Assembly (NCBI GenBank): GCA_000965745.1 | Contig: CP009479.1 | Location: 1,888,001 to 1,952,000 of the forward strand | Direction of reading: 5' to 3' | Length of the DNA: 64,000 nt | DNA from: an uncultured archaeon | Lineage (GTDB): Archaea > Thermoplasmatota > Thermoplasmata > Thermoplasmatales > Thermoplasmataceae | Part shown: positions 30,060 through 40,050 of the stretch, in pieces | Layout of the letters: each line of letters opens with the position of its first letter | Position numbering within the stretch: the first letter of the stretch is position 1 | Notes under the pieces: generated by a model | Told to the model about the DNA's origin: nothing | The model's database searches: none | What the model saw: the letters and a program-made list of their open reading frames with translations, nothing else | Made by a program: the position numbers and the translations under genes

Positions 30060-30941
30060 TTATTGCGCCTCCTTTGCTCTTTTGTAAGCTGCCACAAGAG
30101 ATTCTTTGATGATGAACCTCAATACCTTCTTCTTGTAATCAATTGAACCGTAGAAGTCCGAAACAGGGTCAGATTCCTCGGTTATTGATCTGGCAGCTTC
30201 GGCAGCGAGTTCCTCTGTCAGTTTCTTTCCGGCAAGAATTCCCTCTGCCCTGGTGGATTTGATTGGGGTTGGGCCAACCGATGTCAGCGCAACGCCAACC
30301 TTAATGATCTTCCCATCCCCATCAACAATGATATTGCTCGCAACTGCAGCCACTGAAAAATCGCCGGCGCTCTTCTTGTGCTTTATGTAGGCTCCACCTT
30401 GCCTCTTCACCATTTTTGGCACCCTTATCTCGTAAAGTATTTCGTTTGGCTCAAGTGCTGTGATGAGGGAGTCGACAAAGAAGTCTTCTGCCTTGATCTC
30501 TTTGCCGCCATTCTTTCCCTGTACCATGAAGGTCGCATCCAGGGAAAGCATAACTGCTGGAAGGTCGTTTGCAGGATCGCCGTGTGATATGTTTCCGCCA
30601 ACCGTTCCCATGTTCCGGACAAGGGGGTCAGCTATCTGGTCAGCTGCCTCTTTTATTATCATGTATCTGTTTTTAATTGTAACGCTGGAGCCAAGTTCAT
30701 CAACTGTCGTCAAAGCGCCTATGCTTAGCCTGTTGGAATCTTCCTTTATGTAGTCCATCTCCTCAATCCTGGATATATCTATCACGTGAGATATTGAGGC
30801 AAATCTCATTTTCATCAGCGGGATAAGGCTTTGGCCGCCAGCCAGCAACTTTGCCTCATCACCATATTTTTCTAGAAGGTTCACAGCTTCGACCATGGTC
30901 GAAGGTGTATAATATTCAAAAACACTAGGTGTAATGGTCAT
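30060..30941 (-). CDS. FAD-binding medium subunit (CoxM/CutM-like)
   Basis: AGGQSLIP and VRNMGTVGGN..HGDP motifs. Likely start MTITPS at 30941. Confidence 0.92.
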   Translation of the reverse strand: MTITPSVFEYYTPSTMVEAVNLLEKYGDEAKLLAGGQSLIPLMKMRFASISHVIDISRIEEMDYIKEDSNRLSIGALTTVDELGSSVTIKNRYMIIKEAADQIADPLVRNMGTVGGNISHGDPANDLPAVMLSLDATFMVQGKNGGKEIKAEDFFVDSLITALEPNEILYEIRVPKMVKRQGGAYIKHKKSAGDFSVAAVASNIIVDGDGKIIKVGVALTSVGPTPIKSTRAEGILAGKKLTEELAAEAARSITEESDPVSDFYGSIDYKKKVLRFIIKESLVAAYKRAKEAQ

Positions 30942-31115
30942 GGCGCTAACTATGAATATTACATATATAATCCCATTCATCAATTACCCGTGTTAATTAA
31001 TTTATTATCCATCTATAAAAACCATAACAGGGAAAGTTGAGGGGCATGTATTGTGCACCTTTGCCTGAGCCATATGGGAGGTGATCTGCCCCACCGGAAT
31101 TTGGAACACTTTTTC

Positions 31116-31991
31116 TCATTTTTCATCTAGTGCTACCTCCATTTCTTTCGATTCAAATCTTTCCCTGAATGCCTGATCATCCCGGAACTTCCTCCTGAAC
31201 TCCCTTGGAGGAAGATAATCAATGGATGAATGCGGCCTGCATTCATTGTAGTCGGTGAACGCCTTTTCTATTGTCCTGGATACTTCACTGAAATCCCTGA
31301 ACTCGTTTGGCCAGATGTAATCTGTCTTTATGCTGTTGTGGAAGGACTCAATGTTTCCGTTGTCCTCTGGAGTGTGTTTCTGGATATACTCCAGCCTTAT
31401 CCCAAGGAGTTTCATGGCGTTCCTGAACTCATGGGATTGATACTGGGGGCCATTGTCAGTTCTCAGTACCAAGTTCTTTGGTACTGTACCATTGAAAGCA
31501 AGAAGAACAGCGTTTTCCACCGATCTTACGGCATCTTTTGCCATGCATGACCTGGAATAATGAAAACCCTGCCATTCCTTCGTGAAACAGTCCTTTATAC
31601 ACATCAGATAGGTCATTCCAGAATCAGTGGGAATATACGTGATATCAGTTTCCCAGAGTTGATCAGGACCATTTGGACGGAAGAGATTCCTGGACTTTGT
31701 TCTCCCTCTGTGTTTTGATGCAGGAAGGGAGAGATTGTTATCCTTCAGCACCTTCCTGACAGTTTTCTGGTTCACCTTCGTACCTTGGTTCCTCAGTATT
31801 GCCCATACTCTCCTGTATCCGTATGTTGGCCTTTCGGAAGCGATATCCCTGATCTTGCTCTGCACAGATAGATCAAGCCTCTGAATATGTCTCTTCCTGG
31901 GTGCGTAATAATATCCGGACAGTGAGATTCCGGATATTCTTGATGCGTTTCTCAGAGACATCATAGGTTTCAGATCTTCAAGAACCATCAT
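31116..31991 (-). CDS. IS3 transposase OrfB (DDE/rve domain)
   Basis: YGYRRV, WETDITY, RTDNGPQY, NGNIESFH and YNECRPHSSI motifs. Confidence 0.93.
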   Translation of the reverse strand: MMVLEDLKPMMSLRNASRISGISLSGYYYAPRKRHIQRLDLSVQSKIRDIASERPTYGYRRVWAILRNQGTKVNQKTVRKVLKDNNLSLPASKHRGRTKSRNLFRPNGPDQLWETDITYIPTDSGMTYLMCIKDCFTKEWQGFHYSRSCMAKDAVRSVENAVLLAFNGTVPKNLVLRTDNGPQYQSHEFRNAMKLLGIRLEYIQKHTPEDNGNIESFHNSIKTDYIWPNEFRDFSEVSRTIEKAFTDYNECRPHSSIDYLPPREFRRKFRDDQAFRERFESKEMEVALDEK

Positions 31992-32266
31992 CTTGACCTC
32001 CCTTGTAGCCTTTTTTTAAAAGCATCTATCACCAGGCTCTGGTCTCCTATGATCTTCTTGAGGTCATCGATCTCCTCGTCCCTGCTGTCAGAATTCCTTC
32101 TCTGAGCCAGTGCAGATTTTCCTCCCTGGATGAACTGTTCTCTCCACTTGCTAAGTTGCACAGGATATATGCCGTGCCTCCGGCATATCTCCGCCTGTGT
32201 CACATTGTCTGAGAAGGATTCCATGACGATCTGGAACTTCTCCTCAGCCGAATATTTGGACTTCAT
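31988..32266 (-). CDS. IS3 transposase OrfA (HTH)
   Basis: KYSAEEKFQIV...AEICRRHGI...LSKWR; A7 run near the 3' end and ATGA overlap with orfB. Confidence 0.9.
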   Translation of the reverse strand: MKSKYSAEEKFQIVMESFSDNVTQAEICRRHGIYPVQLSKWREQFIQGGKSALAQRRNSDSRDEEIDDLKKIIGDQSLVIDAFKKRLQGRSR

Positions 32267-32463
32267 GAAGAGACCTCCATGTTCCGGAAAACCACTTTTC
32301 GCATGCTCTTTATGTATCTGTTCTTGTCTATAATATTAATCCTAGAGTGTTCCAGTCCTATGATGGTTCGGTTCAGGAGGCGTTAACGGAATGATGATAA
32401 GATGTCTCTCCATTATTATCCACAATCACATTAATTACTTTAATAACCCCATCATGAGGGACT

Positions 32464-33201
32464 ATGGTAGATCTTATAAGAGAATCCATGGCTGGAAAAG
32501 TAGCAGTCATACTGGGAGTTGGACCCGGACAGGGCATCACTGCCACAAAACTGTTCATAAACTTCGGTGCAAAAGTGGCTCTCATATCCAGGTCCGGAAA
32601 CACTTTCGGTCTTGCAGAGTCTTCAACGATCAAGGCGTATAAGGCAGATGCGACGAATGAGGATGAACTCGTCGCCGCCAGGGACAAGATACTTTCAGAT
32701 TATGGCCAGATAGACTTCCTCTATAATAACGTTGGAAAGTGGCTCGACCCGGGTAAATCACCGGCATTCCCGGACAAGGGTGAAATGGCTGATATGTTTG
32801 AGTCCAATGTGCTGACACTTGAGAGTGCAACAAAGATTTTCTCTGATGCCATGAAGAAGAGTGGCGGTTCAATTGTCAATGTGGGTGCTGCTGAAAGCCT
32901 GTTCAGGGGTAACACAATGTCTTACACGGTTGCAAAATCTGCCGTGACTGAGTTGACCAGGAAATCAGCTGAAGCCTTGAGAAAGTACAACATCAGGGTG
33001 AATTGCGTCCATCCGGGTTCTGTGCATGCCGAAGGCGATTACAGGCACATATTCCCGTTTAATTTCCAGAAGCTTGCTGATGGTACCGAACTTCATCCCA
33101 TAGAGGTCGGGTACGTGGGCGTCTTCCTTGCGAGTGAAATGGCATATGCAATTAACGGGCAGTCCATCACGGTTGACAGGGGATCAAAGACTGTTGATTA
33201 A
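32464..33201 (+). CDS. Short-chain dehydrogenase/reductase
   Basis: GVGPGQG, YTVAK (YxxxK), IRVNCVHPG and INGQSITVD motifs. Confidence 0.9.
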   Translation: MVDLIRESMAGKVAVILGVGPGQGITATKLFINFGAKVALISRSGNTFGLAESSTIKAYKADATNEDELVAARDKILSDYGQIDFLYNNVGKWLDPGKSPAFPDKGEMADMFESNVLTLESATKIFSDAMKKSGGSIVNVGAAESLFRGNTMSYTVAKSAVTELTRKSAEALRKYNIRVNCVHPGSVHAEGDYRHIFPFNFQKLADGTELHPIEVGYVGVFLASEMAYAINGQSITVDRGSKTVD

Positions 33202-33345
33202 TCCCACTCCCACTATCTTTCCATGTCAACATGTTGAAATTTATTTATAATTTCCTGCAGATTTTGCAGTAAATATCTTGACTGCTTACAATTTTATAAT
33301 CACTATTCCAAACTTTTAATGTAGTCAGAAGCCATATGTTTAACC

Positions 33346-34893
33346 ATGTTTGACAACGAACAGACTTTTCTGAAAATGCAGAAAGAAGGGAAGGAAGAGG
33401 AGTTCCACAAACTTTATGAACAGGCTGTGGAAGATGTCAAAAAGTATTTTGGAAAGGAGTATCCGAACATCATTGCGGGTGAAGTTGTAGAATCAAAGAA
33501 GATCAAGGACATCAGCCCGACAGATGGCAAGGAGATCGCTACTTTCCAGCTTTCTTCAGTAGAAACGACCGAAAAGGCAATTGAAGTCCTGCATAACAAT
33601 TACAAATCATGGTACAGTCTTGGGTATGCCAAAAGAGCACACATTATACTGAATGCAGCCGATAAACTGTCAGAGGAAAAATTCAAGTTTTCTGCTCTAC
33701 TCGCTTATGAGAACGGCAAGAACAGATACGAGGCCATGGCTGACGTCGACGAAGGCATCGACTTCATGCGATATTATGCCCTGAACATGATAGAGAACGA
33801 AGGGTTTGACAGACTATCCGGAAAAGGATACCCTAATGAGGAGAGCAGGAGTGTCATGAAGCCCTATGGCGTGTTTGCAGTCATAGCACCTTTCAATTTC
33901 TTCGCGATCACAGTGGGAATGACAGTGGGCCCGCTTGTTGTCGGAAACGCTTCTATACTGAAACCCTCCAGCGATATTCCACTTTCATCTCACCTTTTCA
34001 TCAGGCTTCTCCATGAATCAGGAGTGCCAAAGGAGGTAGTTGCATACCTTTCAGGATCAGGTTCAGTAGTGGGCAAGATGCTGGTAGAGCACCCCAAGAT
34101 AGCTGGAGTTGTTTTCACAGGCTCGAGGGATGTAGGAATGCAGATATTCAGGAAGGCCACAGAATTCAGGCCAAAGCCAGTTATCACCGAGATGGGCGGA
34201 AAGGACGCAATCATAGTTTCAGACAAGGCTGACATAGACAAGGCGGTGGAAGGCGTTGCCAGGGCCGCATTTGGATTTTCAGGGCAGAAGTGCAGCGCAT
34301 GCTCCATCCTTTACGTCCACGAAAAGGTATACGACGAGTTCATGCCGAAACTTGTGGAAAGGACCGGAAAGATAACCCTTGGAGACCCAAGCAAGAGGGA
34401 GACCTTCATGGGCCCCGTCGTAAACAAGGATGCCTTCGAGAAATACAAGTCGCTTGTACCAACATTCGAGAAAGAGGGAAAAGTCATGGCCGGCGGGAAA
34501 GCACAGGACAGGGAAGGCTACTATGTGGAGCCTACAATAGTAGCAGATGTGAACAGAGACGCATACATTGCCAAGAATGAGCTGTTTCTCCCTGTTCTCG
34601 CGGTCGTGAAGGCCACTAGTGTTGAAGACGCTGTCAACGACATAAACAGGTCTGAATACGGGCTTACTGGAGGAATATTCACAGAAGACAGGGACGAAAT
34701 AGACTATTATTTCAGCAGTGCGGATGTTGGAGTCATATACGCCAACAGGGAAAGGGGAGGATCAACAGGAGCAATTGTAGGATCCAACCCATTCGTCGGC
34801 TGGAAGATGAGCGGAAGCACTGGAAAGGGTACCGGCTCTTACTATTATCTTCAGCAGTTCCTGAGAGAGCAGTCGCAGACCATAGCACATTAG
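33346..34893 (+). CDS. Aldehyde dehydrogenase, 1-pyrroline-5-carboxylate dehydrogenase-like
   Basis: APFNF, FTGS, EMGGKD, FGFSGQKCSAC, ELFLP and YGLTGG motifs. Confidence 0.88.
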   Translation: MFDNEQTFLKMQKEGKEEEFHKLYEQAVEDVKKYFGKEYPNIIAGEVVESKKIKDISPTDGKEIATFQLSSVETTEKAIEVLHNNYKSWYSLGYAKRAHIILNAADKLSEEKFKFSALLAYENGKNRYEAMADVDEGIDFMRYYALNMIENEGFDRLSGKGYPNEESRSVMKPYGVFAVIAPFNFFAITVGMTVGPLVVGNASILKPSSDIPLSSHLFIRLLHESGVPKEVVAYLSGSGSVVGKMLVEHPKIAGVVFTGSRDVGMQIFRKATEFRPKPVITEMGGKDAIIVSDKADIDKAVEGVARAAFGFSGQKCSACSILYVHEKVYDEFMPKLVERTGKITLGDPSKRETFMGPVVNKDAFEKYKSLVPTFEKEGKVMAGGKAQDREGYYVEPTIVADVNRDAYIAKNELFLPVLAVVKATSVEDAVNDINRSEYGLTGGIFTEDRDEIDYYFSSADVGVIYANRERGGSTGAIVGSNPFVGWKMSGSTGKGTGSYYYLQQFLREQSQTIAH

Positions 34894-35552
34894 ACGAGCC
34901 TTTTCAGGCTCTCAAAATTTTTTAATTCGGACACTACACGTATGTTGAGCTTCTCAACCAGAAGGTCCTTGAATTTCTTTTGAACTTCCTCAAAACTGAT
35001 TTTCATGCCAGCCTCATCCTCCATGCTGGTCATTACAGATGATGAAAATCCGCAAGGATGAATGCGGTCAAAAGCTTTTAGATCTGTGGAAACGTTGAGT
35101 GCGATCCCATGGAGGGTGGAGGATTCCTTTATGGCAAACCCTATTGAGCAGATTTTTCTTCCCGAAGTCCAGACACCAGTCTCCTTGCCGAGCCTTCCTT
35201 CACCTTTGATGCCGTATTCATCGAGCAGCTCTGAGATTGCTGCCTGGACAGACTGGATTACGGCCTTTATGTTTGTTTTTCTCTCCATGAGGTTGAGGAT
35301 AAAATAAACAACCATCTGCCCTGGGCCGTGATAGGTGATTGAGCCTCCGCGCTCTATCTGCACAGGAACGATTGACTGATCAACAATTTCGCCAGGGTTC
35401 TTGTGGAGGCCCACAGTATAAACAGGGGGGTGCTCATTGAATATTACCAGATCCGGGATAACGAGCTTGTTCCGTGCCTGGTTCAGAATGCGCTGTACCT
35501 CAAGCATGTCATGATATTGAGTCTGACCTACCACTGCTATTATGCCATCCAA
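34890..35552 (-). CDS. lipB: Lipoyl(octanoyl) transferase LipB
   Basis: EHPPVYTVG, RGGSITYHGPGQ, RKICSIG, HGIALNV and IHPCG motifs; TTG start. Confidence 0.9.
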   Translation of the reverse strand: MDGIIAVVGQTQYHDMLEVQRILNQARNKLVIPDLVIFNEHPPVYTVGLHKNPGEIVDQSIVPVQIERGGSITYHGPGQMVVYFILNLMERKTNIKAVIQSVQAAISELLDEYGIKGEGRLGKETGVWTSGRKICSIGFAIKESSTLHGIALNVSTDLKAFDRIHPCGFSSSVMTSMEDEAGMKISFEEVQKKFKDLLVEKLNIRVVSELKNFESLKRLV

Positions 35553-35677
35553 TTAAACCAGCACCACGGGAGATAACATGGAATTCGGAACTTCTGCAAA
35601 TGTTTTTACATTATGTTATATGTGTGAGATGAGACCATCCTGCAATTGCGGATGAAGCCAACCCGGAGGAAGATACA

Positions 35678-36721
35678 ATGAATGCGGTTAGAGAGATCAG
35701 CGACAAATTTACTGAAGAAAAACTGGACCCAAAGCTTGGGCAGAAAAGGAATGAAATCATTGCCAACCCAGGAATGCGATATGATTACAGCCTGATCCAG
35801 ATTACTGATGAAAAGATCATGGGCATGGCGTCTGACGATGCAATTTACATAAGTAAGCTTCCACCCGATAAATCCGCGTATCTGACTTTCCACAAATCCG
35901 CTGACAAACTTGGTTCATCCGGAGTTATGCCTGAATACCTTGGAGTGAGTGTACATATGCCTTCAGGAATTGAGGAAGATGCACTGTCACATTTTTGGAA
36001 CAGCCTTAACATGGAATCCAAGAAATTTCAGGTAGCCATCACCGGGAGAAATGTTTCAGTAAGTGAGGAAACAAAAGAACCATTTGTAGGAGGGACCACA
36101 ATAATGGGCACTTCCATGAAGGCGTTTCACGTCACTCCCCGGGGAGCGGTTGGTGGAGACCGGATACTTATGACAAAGACATCAGGCCTTGAAGCTACAA
36201 CACTGCTATCACACCTTTTCCCCGAATTCATAGAAGAGAAGATAGGGGAGTATAACCAGAAGATGGCGCAGAAGCTTTTCTTCAAAACCTCATCGCTGCA
36301 GGAGGAGCAGGAAGCCTTGAAATTCGGGCTTGGAAAGAATGGGGTAACTTCCATGAAAGCCGTAAGGGATAGAGGTGTCCTTGGTGCACTTGAGGAGTAC
36401 TCAAGGGCAGGGGGATTCGGCGTGGAGGTTGATTTTGACCAGATCCCGGTCTATGACGAGGTGAAGGAGATATGCGAACTTTTCGAGCTTGACCCCTATA
36501 GGACCAGTTCAATGGGTGCACTACTCCTGACATTGCCAGAGGAGGTAGCCGAAGACTTTTCAAAGGCACTCATAGGTAATGGGATAGATGTAGCTGACAT
36601 CGGGAAGATAGACAGGGAATCAAACCTGGTAAAACTTAACGGGTACAAGGAGCACGAAGATTCCTCCAACGATGGCAGATCCTTCTATAACCTTTTTTCT
36701 GCATTTGAAGGGAAGGCCTGA
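35678..36721 (+). CDS. Divergent AIR-synthase-related (HypE/ThiL fold) protein
   Basis: GDRILMTKTSGLEAT and ICELFELDPY..SSMGALLL fit the family scaffold, but the catalytic motifs are altered. Confidence 0.7.
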   Translation: MNAVREISDKFTEEKLDPKLGQKRNEIIANPGMRYDYSLIQITDEKIMGMASDDAIYISKLPPDKSAYLTFHKSADKLGSSGVMPEYLGVSVHMPSGIEEDALSHFWNSLNMESKKFQVAITGRNVSVSEETKEPFVGGTTIMGTSMKAFHVTPRGAVGGDRILMTKTSGLEATTLLSHLFPEFIEEKIGEYNQKMAQKLFFKTSSLQEEQEALKFGLGKNGVTSMKAVRDRGVLGALEEYSRAGGFGVEVDFDQIPVYDEVKEICELFELDPYRTSSMGALLLTLPEEVAEDFSKALIGNGIDVADIGKIDRESNLVKLNGYKEHEDSSNDGRSFYNLFSAFEGKA

Positions 36722-36758
36722 CTTATTTGCGCCGATTGCCCCTCCCCGGAAGCTTCCA

Positions 36759-37586
36759 ATGGAATATGATAAATTCTATTACATTATGAACATGAAAGAA
36801 GGCAGTGCAATTATGGTTCCGGGTCAGGCTGAAATAACACAGCTCATGATAATGCTCAATATCTTCGATGGAGTGAGCAGGCCTTCAGACATATCAAGGA
36901 ATATTGACATCACTCTCCAGGGTGTGCAGTATCACCTTAAGATTCTCAAGAACAGAGGATTGGTCAATGATGACAACTCTATTTCCCAGAAAGGGTTTGA
37001 ATACCTGTACTCCGGGCTCAACAACATGAGGAGCTTTGTCTCCGAGAACATTTTCAAGCTTGACAGGGTAATAACCTGGGAGGCAATCAGCAGGGGCACA
37101 ATCACAAAGGGGGACACCGTGTATCTCAAAATGGAAGACGGCTACCTCTCTGCCTACGGAGAGAAAGTGTCGGAATCAAGAGGAGTAAGCATCTCCGACA
37201 GCAAAGAGGGTGGGATTGTGGGTGTTACCAGTGTTGAAGGAATTATCGACCTTGAGGTGAAAGGTGTCACGATCGTAATCCTGCCTGATGTTGAACAGCT
37301 GTACATGGAAGCGGAAAGTGTCCTCCTTAGGGTCAAAGACCAGATCCAGGGGGATAAGGCTGACCTGTTCGCAGTAATAGGCGAGGAAGCACTATATGTC
37401 TCGCGCGAAGTTGGAATAGATAACCCGATCAAATATGCCCCACTTGAGGCAAGCTTCGAAGCTGCAAGCAGAGGTATGTCTGCAACGGTGATAGTAAGTA
37501 ACCGGAGATTCAGGCTTATACTCGAGGAGCTCAAAGCCCTAGAGAACAGAAATGAGGAAGTTTCGGTTAGGATAATAACCATTTGA
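36759..37586 (+). CDS. Winged-HTH transcriptional regulator (archaeal)
   Basis: PSDISRNIDITLQGVQYHLKILKNRGLV helix-turn-helix; start uncertain. Confidence 0.75.
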   Translation: MEYDKFYYIMNMKEGSAIMVPGQAEITQLMIMLNIFDGVSRPSDISRNIDITLQGVQYHLKILKNRGLVNDDNSISQKGFEYLYSGLNNMRSFVSENIFKLDRVITWEAISRGTITKGDTVYLKMEDGYLSAYGEKVSESRGVSISDSKEGGIVGVTSVEGIIDLEVKGVTIVILPDVEQLYMEAESVLLRVKDQIQGDKADLFAVIGEEALYVSREVGIDNPIKYAPLEASFEAASRGMSATVIVSNRRFRLILEELKALENRNEEVSVRIITI

Positions 37587-37765
37587 TGATATTGTATAAT
37601 ATAATTTTGAATATATATTTAATCAATATTTAATTTGTACCGTATGTCTTATTGCGTTATATTTTGTAATAAAAATAAAAATGAAATTTGAGAGATTTTA
37701 TAAATATTTAAATACAACATATTTATTAAGTGGATTACCAACAGAGGTGAATAAGATGGAGGACG

Positions 37766-38164
37766 ATGAAGGTGGCCGTGGGCGTTCATATCATTGCAGA
37801 TCTCTATGGTGTAGATTCGGAAGTAATATCCGAGGCTAGCAGGCTCTACCCCATCATGGAAGGCGCTGTTAAGTTCGGTGGATTGACAAAAATCTCATCG
37901 GATTATTACCAGTTTCAGCCCCGTGGTGCGAGTGGCATTGTTCTGCTTGCCGAGTCCCATCTCTCGTTTCACACATGGCCCGAGCATGGACTGGTGACAC
38001 TTGACATATACACCTGTGGGGACCCAAAGACTGCTGATTCAGCGCTCGAATACGTTCTCAATGAGCTTAAACCGACCAGTATCGATTGCAAAAGGATTAC
38101 CAGAGGAGAAAAGCTCGATGAGAATGTGCCCATAGCAAAAGCAGCCGAAGCAATAACACCATAA
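37766..38164 (+). CDS. speD: Pyruvoyl-dependent S-adenosylmethionine decarboxylase proenzyme (class 1B)
   Basis: GVHIIADLYG, LAE-SH cleavage site and HTWPE.G...LDIYTCG. An arginine-decarboxylase paralog is not excluded. Confidence 0.85.
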   Translation: MKVAVGVHIIADLYGVDSEVISEASRLYPIMEGAVKFGGLTKISSDYYQFQPRGASGIVLLAESHLSFHTWPEHGLVTLDIYTCGDPKTADSALEYVLNELKPTSIDCKRITRGEKLDENVPIAKAAEAITP

Positions 38165-38291
38165 AATTTGACAAAACCAACATATTATTTTCTTTTTATT
38201 TTGTTTGTTTGCCCTGCAAATACTTATGAAATTTTAAACAGGTAAGGTCCAGGATGCCAGTCATTTGAGCGGAATTTCAAAATAGATCTAT

Positions 38292-40046
38292 TCAGACCTT
38301 TGTTCCCCAGAATATATTTTCCTTCCTCTTGATTTTAATAATTTCCTCAAGAGTTTCCATGGTTCCGGAGTCCATTTCATGCTCGCGAAGCTTCTTCACA
38401 ACATCTTCAGAGATGTCAACATACAACGCTTCGCTGGGAAAAATATGGCGATTAAGCGTAACCCCCTCGATCGAGATTGCCACTTCTGCTGGTGCTGAGG
38501 CGGAACGCTTGTTGACTTCGTTATCCCTTATGCTCTTGATGGTTCCAGCCGACCTTCCGTCGGCTTTGATAAGCCTGTCCCCTACCTTTATCTCCCCAGT
38601 GTGAATCTTGACGCCCACTATGACAGGCTTCGTAGTCCTGAAAATATAGTCCGGAATAATCGTGATCTTTGATGGGATCGGCATCTTACTCTTTCTTGCC
38701 TCTTCTATCTCCCTCTTCTTGTACTTTAGCCACTTCTCGGTGTCGTCAACGAGAGAGTAGATTACGTTTCCAACCATCACGCCAACATCGGTTGCCATCG
38801 ATTCCTCCCTGGCTTCCTGGTGGAATGAAACGTTGAATCCGAGTATAATCCTGTCAAGCGGCTCGTTAAGTGTTTCTGCATCCACAATGTCTCTTTTGGT
38901 GATATCTCCAATCTGGGCCGACCTGATAGGAATACCATGCTGGTTCAGTTCAAATGAAAGCGCTTCCAGTGAGCCGAGTGCTTCTGCTTTGATCGTCACT
39001 CCATTTGGAGACAGCTCAATGTCGGGCTGAGATTCCTTGAGTATTTCTACAAACGCATCGCTTGGGTCTTCTCCTACTACTATGATAGGGGAGCCGGGGA
39101 TGACATCAAAACGGTCGGTGATCAGTATTCTCACACCCGATGCAGCAACGATCAGATTTTTCTCCTGCAGTGATGATCCACGCGTTCCGGGATTTACGAG
39201 CATGGCTTTGATCCTGGTTACTTTTGGGCCTTCATTGGTGTTTATGGCGATAGAATCCCCCTTCTTCAGTTTTCCCTGGTAAAGAACAGTATCCAACGTT
39301 GTGCCCAGGGATTCTTCCCTTTTCACTTCTATGACGGTTCCCCTCCCTTCAGATTCGGAGAAGGTGATGTTTTTCTCCAGAAACCTCTGGGCAAGCCCGG
39401 AAAGCGTGACGAGTGTGTCCTGAATGCCAACTCTCATTTTTCCGCTGGCAGGTATTATCGCAACTGTTTTTGTGAAATCCCGCACTCTGTCATACCGGTC
39501 ACTTTGAAGGCCATGGGAGTAAAGATTGTTAACGAGATTGTACAGGCGTTTGTCGAGTTCTTCAATATATTCTGGCCTCTGCTCCTTTTCAAATTCCTTG
39601 AAAGTCACATCGTTTGCCTCTCTTACAAGGGGTACAAGGTCAATTTTATTGGCTACAATGATGAATGGAGTCTTGAATTTCTTGAGAATATTTATCGACT
39701 CTACAGTCTGGGGCATCAGTCCTTCGTTTATATCCACTACAAGAATTGCTATATCAGCCAGTGCCCCACCCCTAGCTCTCATATTGGCGAAGGCAACGTG
39801 ACCCGGAGTATCGATAAACAAGAGGCCTGGAATTCGGAGTGATTTTCCACCCAACAGCTTCTTGATGTCCTTTTCGATCGACTTCACATCAACATTGGTG
39901 GCGCCTATTCTCTGGGTAATGCCGCCAACCTCTTTCTTGGCAACATAGGTTCCCCTTATTGCATCAAGGATGGTTGTCTTACCATGGTCCACGTGACCAA
40001 GGACGCACACAATGGGCTGTCTGAGTGAATTATTATACATACTCAC
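38292..40046 (-). CDS. infB: Translation initiation factor aIF5B (IF-2)
   Basis: LRQPIVCVLGHVDHGKT, GGITQ, DTPGH, NKID and GSLEAL motifs. Confidence 0.96.
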   Translation of the reverse strand: MSMYNNSLRQPIVCVLGHVDHGKTTILDAIRGTYVAKKEVGGITQRIGATNVDVKSIEKDIKKLLGGKSLRIPGLLFIDTPGHVAFANMRARGGALADIAILVVDINEGLMPQTVESINILKKFKTPFIIVANKIDLVPLVREANDVTFKEFEKEQRPEYIEELDKRLYNLVNNLYSHGLQSDRYDRVRDFTKTVAIIPASGKMRVGIQDTLVTLSGLAQRFLEKNITFSESEGRGTVIEVKREESLGTTLDTVLYQGKLKKGDSIAINTNEGPKVTRIKAMLVNPGTRGSSLQEKNLIVAASGVRILITDRFDVIPGSPIIVVGEDPSDAFVEILKESQPDIELSPNGVTIKAEALGSLEALSFELNQHGIPIRSAQIGDITKRDIVDAETLNEPLDRIILGFNVSFHQEAREESMATDVGVMVGNVIYSLVDDTEKWLKYKKREIEEARKSKMPIPSKITIIPDYIFRTTKPVIVGVKIHTGEIKVGDRLIKADGRSAGTIKSIRDNEVNKRSASAPAEVAISIEGVTLNRHIFPSEALYVDISEDVVKKLREHEMDSGTMETLEEIIKIKRKENIFWGTKV

Positions 40047-40050
40047 CTCT

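Larger units (their letters stand above)
31082..32375 (-). mobile_element. IS3-family insertion sequence, 1294 bp, apparently intact
   Basis: TG...CA ends. Imperfect inverted repeats TGATCTGCCCCACCGGAATTTGGAACACT and TGAACCGAACCATCATAGGACTGGAACACT. 5-bp direct repeat GGAGG at 31077-31081 and 32376-32380. Contains orfA and orfB. Confidence 0.92.
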
